From the NCBI GenBank assembly GCA_963831235.1, contig CAWHPS010000047.1:2306-66305 (forward strand): 64,000 nucleotides of DNA, written 5' to 3'. This stretch comes from an uncultured Fibrobacterota bacterium (GTDB lineage: Bacteria; Fibrobacterota; OXYB2-FULL-49-7; JAEUSG01). Each line of letters opens with the position of its first letter. Position 1 is the first letter of the stretch. This document shows positions 57,068 to 64,000 of the stretch, in pieces. The translations under genes and the position numbers were made by a program. The notes under the pieces were generated by a model. That model ran no database searches, was not told the origin of the DNA, and saw only the letters and a program-made list of their open reading frames with translations.

Positions 57068-57970
57068 ATGCCATCCAATAACAGGACTATTGGTTATATA
57101 TCTCTTTTAACCGGCACCATACTTTTTTTATTCTGCGGCGTATATCTTTATTTCTCAACAATCTATGGATACTGCTATAGAACAGCCTATTCAGATGACA
57201 TCGGCAACCTTAAACTCGACAACAAAGTCAAGGTGTCTGGCATGGAAGTGGGCCGTGTCGAGGGCTTGACGCGTGAGGGAAACAGGGCTAAAATAGTGCT
57301 CAGGATGCGCGATAAAATTAAAATCAGGAGCGGTTACATTTTTGAGAATCGCGATTACGGCCTTATGGGGGATCGTGCGCTTTTTCTTAACCCGGGAACT
57401 GATGGAGAAATAATTCCAATTGATTCGCCGCTTAAAATTGAATTCATCCCCGGCATTGCGGAAGGCATCCGAAACGCAGACTCCCTAAAGGTAATCGTTA
57501 ACCGAATGCAGGTGCTTATAAAGGATTATAGCCGCATTGATCCGAGGAACGATTCCCTGTTCACAACACAACTGATGAGCGTGCTTAAATGTCTGGATCA
57601 AACCTCTGCCAAGCTTGAAAAGATGGTTGCTCAAAAAGAGCCTGTGATCACAAGAAACATAAACCGCACATCGGAATATGCAATAGCAGCAAGGTCAACC
57701 CTTGCACAAATAAAACCCAAGACGGAAAAGATAATTGCAAATACCAATAAACTTTCAAGCGATGCCATTGTATTGCTTGACAAGATTATTCCGGTACTTG
57801 ACACGCTCAACATTGTATTGCAAACGGTAGTTGACGAAAAGAATATTGTTGGAAAAGCTATTGCCAATAAGGATCTTTACGTAAAACTTATTGATTCTTT
57901 AAATAAAGTCCGAAAAGTTCTTGGCGTTCTTAAGAGTGAAGGGGTCGGACTTGATATTGATTTGTTTTAA
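57068..57970 (+). CDS. MlaD/MCE-family protein
   Basis: N-terminal TM helix, then VKVSGMEVGRVEGL, which is typical of MCE domains. Confidence 0.6.
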   Translation: MPSNNRTIGYISLLTGTILFLFCGVYLYFSTIYGYCYRTAYSDDIGNLKLDNKVKVSGMEVGRVEGLTREGNRAKIVLRMRDKIKIRSGYIFENRDYGLMGDRALFLNPGTDGEIIPIDSPLKIEFIPGIAEGIRNADSLKVIVNRMQVLIKDYSRIDPRNDSLFTTQLMSVLKCLDQTSAKLEKMVAQKEPVITRNINRTSEYAIAARSTLAQIKPKTEKIIANTNKLSSDAIVLLDKIIPVLDTLNIVLQTVVDEKNIVGKAIANKDLYVKLIDSLNKVRKVLGVLKSEGVGLDIDLF

Positions 57971-57987
57971 TTTATCTGTTTTGTAAA

Positions 57988-59151
57988 TCAGAACTCCGAA
58001 ATCATCCTCCTTACCTGAAACACTTCCTTATCCTTTATGTAAACGCGTGTGACACGCCTGCTGATATTGCAAATAACCTCGTACGGAATGGTCCCGAGTT
58101 TGTCGGCTATATCATAAACAGATATCTCTTCCCTGCCCTGCTTTCCAATAAGCACGGCTTCATCCCCTGTTTTGATGCCTGAATTTGGACCAGCATCAAC
58201 CATTATCATGTCCATACACACGGTACCAACCACTGGATAACGTTTATTGCGGATTAGCACTTCCCCTGAATTCGAAAAAGCCCTTGGGAATCCGTCGGCA
58301 TATCCAATTGGAAGTGTCACAATATCCGTTGTTTCTTCGGTTATATAACGCCTGCCATAACTTACCGTGAATCCCTTTGGAACGGTCTTTATAAATGTGA
58401 CCCTGGTCTTGAAAGAGAGGACGCTTTCCACTTCCGGATAGTTTTTCTTTCTTGCACAAGGGTATATACCGTAAAGAATAAGGCCCGGTCTTACATTGGA
58501 ATATGTGCTGCCTTTTACATTTAAAATTCCCGCGCTGTTTGCAATGTGCACCATGGGCACATGCACTCCGCTTTCTCTTAGTTCAAGGAGCAGGCTGTCA
58601 AAGCGTCCTTTTTGTGTTTTTGCGAAATTGATATCATCATCAGCTGTTGAAAAGTGTGAATATAGGCCTGTAAGCCTGATGTTTTTTAACCCGGCAATCT
58701 GCCTTATAAATGGAAGCGCACCCGAATAGAACGGCCCCACACGTCCGTCACCGGTGTCGATGCATATATGGGCCTTTATTTCCTTGTTGAATCTTACAGC
58801 TTCCCTGGAAAGCGCATGCGCAAATTCCAGGGATGAAACAGTGGGTGTAAGATCGTAAGTAATAATGTCACATATCTGGTTTTCAGGCGGCGCACCGAAG
58901 ATAAGTATTTCGCGGTTTACAAAATTACGCCGAAGCTCGATGGCTTCCTCCAGGCATGACACGGCAAAGACCCGCACACCGCATTTTTCCACGCACCTGG
59001 CCACTTCAACAGCGCCATGACCATAAGCATCAGCCTTTACAACGGCTATTATTCCGGCAGGGGCCGCCTTTTTCCCGATGAGCTTGATATTGCGCGCCAA
59101 TGCATCAAGGTCGATTTCCACCCATTTGCTTCCAAGTTTGTCAATCTTCAT
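57988..59151 (-). CDS. alr: alanine racemase
   Basis: AVVKADAYGHGA PLP-lysine motif. Full-length at 387 aa. Confidence 0.9.
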   Translation of the reverse strand: MKIDKLGSKWVEIDLDALARNIKLIGKKAAPAGIIAVVKADAYGHGAVEVARCVEKCGVRVFAVSCLEEAIELRRNFVNREILIFGAPPENQICDIITYDLTPTVSSLEFAHALSREAVRFNKEIKAHICIDTGDGRVGPFYSGALPFIRQIAGLKNIRLTGLYSHFSTADDDINFAKTQKGRFDSLLLELRESGVHVPMVHIANSAGILNVKGSTYSNVRPGLILYGIYPCARKKNYPEVESVLSFKTRVTFIKTVPKGFTVSYGRRYITEETTDIVTLPIGYADGFPRAFSNSGEVLIRNKRYPVVGTVCMDMIMVDAGPNSGIKTGDEAVLIGKQGREEISVYDIADKLGTIPYEVICNISRRVTRVYIKDKEVFQVRRMISEF

Positions 59152-60148
59152 AGTATGCCTTTTTCATGCTGCGCTTTGTTGTAAGACTGCTGCGCAGTAT
59201 GCAATAAATTAATTCGTCATAAGTCAAGCCTGCGGCCCTCGCCTGGGCCGGAATATCCGAGAGCGAGGTCAGGCCTGGAAGGGTGTTGAGTTCAAGCACA
59301 TAAGGGATTCCAGTTTTTTCTTCAAGGATAAAGTCAGTCCGAGAATAACCGTGGCAATTAAGCGCCTCATGAGTGCGCAATGCAAGGGAGTGCACTTTTC
59401 GTGTTTGTTTTAATGAGATTTCCGCTGGAAGAATAAAGTCTGTCAGGCCCTTTGTGTATTTTGCCTTATAGTCATAGAACTTTCGTTTGGGCAGTAGTTC
59501 AAGTATGGGCAAGGCCTTAAGTCCCGCCCCACAATCAACCACCCCAACAGTCAGTTCTTTGCCTTTAACATACTTTTCAGCGAAAAGCCGTGGATAATTG
59601 TTTTTTTCCTTGTTTACAGCTGCAATAAGTTCAGCCCTGTTCCTGACTAAATGGCAACCAACACTTGATCCTTCGTTATATGGCTTTACTATAAGAGGAA
59701 AATCCGGATTTGTATGGGCCGGGATATTACTTTTCCAGTCACCATCAAGGTGGATGGTAAAAAAAGGGGCCGTCGGGATATTGCTAAACTTGAATATCTG
59801 TTTGGAGCTTATCTTGTTCATTGCAAGGGCTGATGAATGCACCCCTGATCCGGTATAGGGTATATTCATGTATTCAAGAAGCCCCTGAATGGTTCCATCC
59901 TCGCCCCATCTGCCGTGAAGCGCAAGAAAGGCTATGCATATCCCTTCACTTACAATCTTTTTTTCAACATTGAATGCAGCATCAATGGCTATAGCATTGA
60001 ACCCCATCCTTGAAAGCGCTGCCATGACTCCTTTGCCCGACATGAATGATACATCGCGCTCTGAAGACCGTCCGCCCATTAACACGCCAATCTTCTGCTT
60101 TTTGAGGATATTGTAATAAGAATCCCTGGCAACAGGAACTTTCATCAT
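59141..60148 (-). CDS. ddl: D-alanine--D-alanine ligase
   Basis: LHGRWGEDGTIQGLLE, an ATP-grasp C-terminal half and LELNTLPGLT. Confidence 0.9.
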   Translation of the reverse strand: MMKVPVARDSYYNILKKQKIGVLMGGRSSERDVSFMSGKGVMAALSRMGFNAIAIDAAFNVEKKIVSEGICIAFLALHGRWGEDGTIQGLLEYMNIPYTGSGVHSSALAMNKISSKQIFKFSNIPTAPFFTIHLDGDWKSNIPAHTNPDFPLIVKPYNEGSSVGCHLVRNRAELIAAVNKEKNNYPRLFAEKYVKGKELTVGVVDCGAGLKALPILELLPKRKFYDYKAKYTKGLTDFILPAEISLKQTRKVHSLALRTHEALNCHGYSRTDFILEEKTGIPYVLELNTLPGLTSLSDIPAQARAAGLTYDELIYCILRSSLTTKRSMKKAYYED

Positions 60149-60405
60149 ACGTTTCCCTCTTCCTCAACACGTTTCTTTGCGAATGCTATTTTCTCTTCAA
60201 TCGCCTGGAGCCTGTTTTTGCTTTTTTCTTTAGAGTCCTCAAACTTACGGGCAATCTCGTCCTTTCGGCTTTTTTGCTTTGAAAGAAAGCTATCGAATTC
60301 AGCAGGCCCTTTTTTGTATTCCTCAACATGAAGGATAAGGCCTGTTTCCTTATTGACAGTTATCACGGCTTTGCAGCACGGGCATTTGATATCAAGCGTG
60401 TTCAT
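60145..60405 (-). CDS. small zinc-ribbon / coiled-coil protein, hypothetical
   Basis: 86-aa ORF with a CPCC motif. Overlaps the ddl start by 4 nt. Confidence 0.45.
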   Translation of the reverse strand: MNTLDIKCPCCKAVITVNKETGLILHVEEYKKGPAEFDSFLSKQKSRKDEIARKFEDSKEKSKNRLQAIEEKIAFAKKRVEEEGNV

Positions 60406-60440
60406 AATTACTCCGGATTAAGTGACATTATTGATAATTA

Positions 60441-61262
60441 CTATTTTAACAATCTTATATTCTTATTTAACATAAGTGATTTCAATTGCATAATTGCGGT
60501 ATCATTAAGCTGCATTAGGCGCTCTGACTGTTTCATACCCTGATGAACTAGAAGCGCATTAATGCTTTCCAAGTTAGAAAGAACAACCAATTGTTCAATT
60601 TCCGCATGGTCACGGATATTGCCGCTTTTTTCAGGATTTTTTTCGCGCCATTCCTTTGCTGTCTGGCCGAATAGAGCGACATTCAGAAGATCAGCTTCGC
60701 TTGCATAGATGGCATTAGCCTGTGCGCGGGTAACAGGGTCGGGTATAATTTTTTCTTTGATCGCATCGGTATGTATGCGATAGTTAATTTTAGAAAGGGT
60801 TCTTTGAAGGTTCCATTCAAGTTTAAGGTTTTGATTTTCATCACATTTTAAGCGTTGAAATTCTTTAATTATAAATAATTTAAATTCTATCGATATCCAT
60901 GAAGCAAATTCAAATGCAATATCTTTATGGGCAAAAGTGCCTCCATATCTGCCAGATTTTGAAATTATACCAATTGCATTAGTAGATTCTATCCATTTCT
61001 TAGGAGTCATTGTAAAGCTATTAAGACCTGCCAATCTCCTAAACCCGTCGAATTCGACGGGTTTAAAAAAAGGATTATGCAGTTTTTCCCAGAAACCAAG
61101 TAATTCGATAGTATTTCTGTTCCGCAGCCAGTTCTTAATAATATCATCCGTATTGTCTTTATCTTTATGGCGCGCAATATCTGTTAAACAAATGTAATCT
61201 TCCTGACCTTTAGCAAAAAAAGAAATTTCACTTCCTTTAACTTCAATTTTTTGAGTTTTCAT
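60441..61262 (-). CDS. KilA-N domain-containing protein
   Basis: YICLTDIARHKDKDNTDDIIKNWLRNRNTIELLGFWE matches the KilA-N pattern. Confidence 0.65.
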   Translation of the reverse strand: MKTQKIEVKGSEISFFAKGQEDYICLTDIARHKDKDNTDDIIKNWLRNRNTIELLGFWEKLHNPFFKPVEFDGFRRLAGLNSFTMTPKKWIESTNAIGIISKSGRYGGTFAHKDIAFEFASWISIEFKLFIIKEFQRLKCDENQNLKLEWNLQRTLSKINYRIHTDAIKEKIIPDPVTRAQANAIYASEADLLNVALFGQTAKEWREKNPEKSGNIRDHAEIEQLVVLSNLESINALLVHQGMKQSERLMQLNDTAIMQLKSLMLNKNIRLLK

Positions 61263-61306
61263 GTTTCAACATCTCCATAGCCTCTAATAAAATATAGTTA
61301 TCGTTT

Positions 61307-62260
61307 TTACAACACCGTCTCCTCAAACGAAGCCTGGGGACTAGCCCCTTCATTCCTATTCCTGATAACATCAATAAACGTGGTTGCCTGATCCATGTTG
61401 AGCACAAATTCCGTTTTCAGTTTATCTAACATTGCTTCCCCAAAATCCGGTATCCGTGCCTTGAAATAATCCAAATCCTCATCTGTAAGCGTAGGGGGTT
61501 TGAGATTGCCTGATACCCCAAGCCCTGTCCTGCGGCTTAAATAATCAGCAAGCTTGGTGTAAGCCACAAGAGGCATATACTTTTCGGAAAGGTACGGATT
61601 ATGATGGAACTCTATGGCCTCAACTATGGGCATTGGCAGGTTCCATCTGTCTGCAAGCCAGCCGCCTATGCGATCGTGTGTGGTGTCAAGCACCATTGTT
61701 TCAGCGTAGAGGAGATCCTCGTTGTCTTCGTGTACGCGCTCGATGATTTCAATAAAGTCATTGTGGCAATACTGGTTGATAACCACCTTGCCAATATCGT
61801 GAAGAAGGCCTGCTGTAAAAGCCTCCCCTGAATAACGCGGATCGAACCTCTTTACAAGCAGGCTGGTACCAACGCCAACGCTTATCGCATGTTCCCAGAA
61901 CCTGGATAAATCAAAGTATTTGCTACCACCCGGATCATCAAAAGCTTCAAGCACGGAAACCGACAATCCCATGTCCTTTACAGCCTCGAACCCGACAACA
62001 ACCACTGCGTGGTTTACGGTTGCAATCGAACGCTGCTGGCCGTAATAGGCGCTATTGGCAAGCTTAAGAATCTTGGCTGTAAGCACCTGATCGCCTTCTA
62101 TAAGGCGTGAAAGCGATTTGGCTGAGGTCCGGGGACTTCCCACAAGCTCCATCATCTTTGCGACAATGGTTGGCAGTGTTGGAAGTCCAATGACCTTTTC
62201 AGCAATGAAACGGAGTTTCTGGGCTTTACCAATACTGGCGGTTGTTCTTCGGCCTGACAT
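61307..62260 (-). CDS. HDOD domain signalling protein
   Basis: LPTLPTIVAKMMELV...AKILKLANSAYYG, plus GLLHDIGK HD-like motifs. Confidence 0.75.
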   Translation of the reverse strand: MSGRRTTASIGKAQKLRFIAEKVIGLPTLPTIVAKMMELVGSPRTSAKSLSRLIEGDQVLTAKILKLANSAYYGQQRSIATVNHAVVVVGFEAVKDMGLSVSVLEAFDDPGGSKYFDLSRFWEHAISVGVGTSLLVKRFDPRYSGEAFTAGLLHDIGKVVINQYCHNDFIEIIERVHEDNEDLLYAETMVLDTTHDRIGGWLADRWNLPMPIVEAIEFHHNPYLSEKYMPLVAYTKLADYLSRRTGLGVSGNLKPPTLTDEDLDYFKARIPDFGEAMLDKLKTEFVLNMDQATTFIDVIRNRNEGASPQASFEETVL

Positions 62261-62274
62261 GTGACCTGTGTGGT

Positions 62275-62586
62275 TTATGCATCGATGTCTATGAGGTGCG
62301 AGCCGTCGGATGTGCTGCGTCTTTGCTTCTTTTGTGTATCTTCAGGTGCGGCTTTTTCGCCCTTTTTCTTCTCCCGACCCTTTTCCCTCTCTTCTTTATC
62401 CTTGTTAACAAGCTTGTCTTTGGACTTCTCGGACTCGGCTATCTGGCTCTGCTTTATGGCATCTTCCTGCATTCTCTTGAGTTGCGCGAGCTGGGTGTCG
62501 TCCATGGGCTGATTGACTGTTCGCGACTGTATCTTTTCTGTTGGCTGCGAACGGTAAAGACCGTCCTGAAAATCCAATACCCGCAT
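62275..62586 (-). CDS. hypothetical charged protein downstream of fliA
   Basis: 103-aa Lys/Glu-rich ORF in an operon-like position. Confidence 0.35.
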   Translation of the reverse strand: MRVLDFQDGLYRSQPTEKIQSRTVNQPMDDTQLAQLKRMQEDAIKQSQIAESEKSKDKLVNKDKEEREKGREKKKGEKAAPEDTQKKQRRSTSDGSHLIDIDA

Positions 62587-62610
62587 GGGGCCCTTCCCTG
62601 CAAAAAAAGC

Positions 62611-63372
62611 TTATTCGTTAATCTTGCGGATTAGGCGGCTGCGTAATTTGATAATGGCCTTTGAGTGGATCTGCGACACTCGAGACTCCGTAATGCTCAG
62701 CACTTCGCCGATTTCCTTGAGCGTAAGTTCTTCATAGTGATATAAGGCAATCACAAGACGTTCTTTTTCCGGGAGCCCCATTATGGACTCTTTCAGTATC
62801 CGCTTGGTTTCATCGAAACCCATCTCTTTAAGAGGGTTGGTGCCTTGTGGATCTTCTATGATGTCCATTATCTTGAGCTGCTTGCTTTCACCGTCCCCAT
62901 CGCTCCTGGATTCATCAAGTGACATTATAGTTGTGGGTGTGACATCTGAAAGCATTTCCTCGAAAACCTTAATTGAAATATTAAGTTCAGCAGCCACTTC
63001 GTCGTCATAAGGTATACGGCCAAGATCGTTCTCGAGTTTTGCATAAGTCCTCTGGAGTGTGCGGCTCTTCTGACGAATGGATCGCGGAACCCAGTCAAGC
63101 GAACGGAGCTCATCAAGGATGGCGCCCCTTATTTTATGGGTGGCAAAGGTCTCAAACTTGACATCACGGCCAGGGTCAAACCCTTCGACCGCTTTTATAA
63201 GGCCCATAATCCCAGAGCTTATCAAATCATCAACCTGTACCGAAGAAGGCAGGTTAACAGCCATTCTATGGGCGGTATATTTCACAAGCTGCGCATATTC
63301 CACAAGCAATTTGTCTTTTGCGGACTTGCTCTTGGTTTCTATGTATTCCTGCCAGGTTTTTTCGAGTCCCAT
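62611..63372 (-). CDS. fliA: flagellar sigma factor FliA (sigma-28)
   Basis: Region 2 (DLISSGIMGLIKAVEGFDP), region 3 and region 4 (LTLKEIGEVLSITESRVSQIHSKA), at 253 aa. Confidence 0.85.
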   Translation of the reverse strand: MGLEKTWQEYIETKSKSAKDKLLVEYAQLVKYTAHRMAVNLPSSVQVDDLISSGIMGLIKAVEGFDPGRDVKFETFATHKIRGAILDELRSLDWVPRSIRQKSRTLQRTYAKLENDLGRIPYDDEVAAELNISIKVFEEMLSDVTPTTIMSLDESRSDGDGESKQLKIMDIIEDPQGTNPLKEMGFDETKRILKESIMGLPEKERLVIALYHYEELTLKEIGEVLSITESRVSQIHSKAIIKLRSRLIRKINE

Positions 63373-63406
63373 AAATTATCACCTAATTAGATCTCAAATC
63401 CAATTG

Positions 63407-63724
63407 CTATATCGCCTGTTCCGGAGGTTTTACATTTACCTTTAGAAGCTCTTCGTTTTTTTCCGGGGTGAATTTTACAAGCAGTCCGCCCTCTGCAGCA
63501 TCGTATTTTTTATCTTCCATTGTTGTCAGGACAGCTTTTAATATAATATCTGAAATCACGATCCCTAAAAGCCAGAAAATTACATATCCTGTAAAGGCCC
63601 TTAACACTATCATTGGCAGTTGCGAAAAACTGAACGTATCGAGTGAGAATATGCCCACCATCATAAGTAGCAGAAAAGCGAACAGGCTCAGTGTTTGGGC
63701 GATCCCTTTAGCCAGCTTGACCAT
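63407..63724 (-). CDS. hypothetical membrane protein
   Basis: 105-aa ORF with 2-3 TM helices, lying between the flhG-like gene and fliA. Confidence 0.4.
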   Translation of the reverse strand: MVKLAKGIAQTLSLFAFLLLMMVGIFSLDTFSFSQLPMIVLRAFTGYVIFWLLGIVISDIILKAVLTTMEDKKYDAAEGGLLVKFTPEKNEELLKVNVKPPEQAI

Positions 63725-63744
63725 AAACCCATTACTCCTTTAAT

Positions 63745-64000
63745 TTATGAGGGCATGGACGCCATTAATCTGTGGAAAAAGCCGTTTCGCTCTGCCACAG
63801 GACGCCCCATGACCCTGAGTACTATGCGCGAAAGTGATCTTGAAAAAGGCGATTCAGGACATGAAATGGTTACAGGAGACTGCCGCGAGACGCTTGTCCT
63901 GACATTTTTATCCATAGGCAAAGATCCCAAAAATAGCGGCGCCTTCTTTAAAAACCTTCGGCACAATGCCGCCAGCTTCTGATATGTTTCAAGCCCCTCT
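63745..64000 (-). CDS. MinD/ParA-family ATPase C-terminus (FlhG/YlxH-like), partial
   Basis: The frame is open to the window end. FLGSLPMDKNVRTSVSRQSPVTISCPESPFSRSLSRIV fits the MinD/FlhG C-terminal pattern. Synteny with fliA supports the call. Confidence 0.5.
   Translation of the reverse strand, partial: EGLETYQKLAALCRRFLKKAPLFLGSLPMDKNVRTSVSRQSPVTISCPESPFSRSLSRIVLRVMGRPVAERNGFFHRLMASMPS

Noticed and set aside
60441-61262. The KilA-N gene as a sign of a prophage or island among the core genes.
   Set aside because: It is a single gene with no integrase, repeats or other phage genes nearby, and the flanking genes are ordinary housekeeping genes.
63695-63982. A 95-aa plus-strand ORF at the right edge.
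   Set aside because: The opposite strand gives a MinD/FlhG-like C-terminus that fits the synteny with fliA. The plus-strand translation has no features.

Overview
AT-rich bacterial chromosome segment (no tRNA, rRNA or CRISPR seen) dominated by a large sedentary-type chromosomal integron. An integron integrase gene (intI, 47537-48841, +) lies beside an attI site (~47394-47437). The cassette array runs leftward on the minus strand for about 36 kb, to ~11284. I count 26 attC sites: 24 complete (~125-130 bp, very homogeneous) and 2 decayed. They define about 24 cassettes, of which 7 have no ORF at all and an eighth carries only a doubtful 51-codon ORF. Cassette genes encode mostly secreted proteins and lipoproteins, a GNAT, a DinB-like protein, a T9SS-sorted beta-helix protein (hinting at an FCB-group or related host) and several toxin-antitoxin pairs at the distal end. 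Four things stand out. (1) An ORF-less, 1017-nt group II intron-like element with a textbook domain V splits the R' box of three attC sites, in the same orientation as the cassettes. One copy carries a nested, exactly triplicated 859-bp element. (2) The inter-cassette DNA is unusually long and modular (H, N, M, P-box and Box A modules, roughly 45-50 M hairpins), and it builds multi-copy ORF-less cassettes. (3) There is heavy IS/MITE traffic. A vapC gene is split by a MITE that is itself split by a tandem IS dimer. An ISAs1 element, an ISKra4/ISLre2-like IS and an IS91 remnant are also present, and both larger IS types have A9 slippage tracts at their ORF junctions. (4) A GC-rich GH36 alpha-galactosidase island sits inside one oversized cassette. 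To the right of intI lie core genes: purB, rho, proC, hisH, alr, ddl, fliA and a flhG-like gene. The left edge carries an AraC regulator and a divergent secreted protein. All coordinates were derived by hand from the sequence. Intron and module boundaries are uncertain by about 2 nt.
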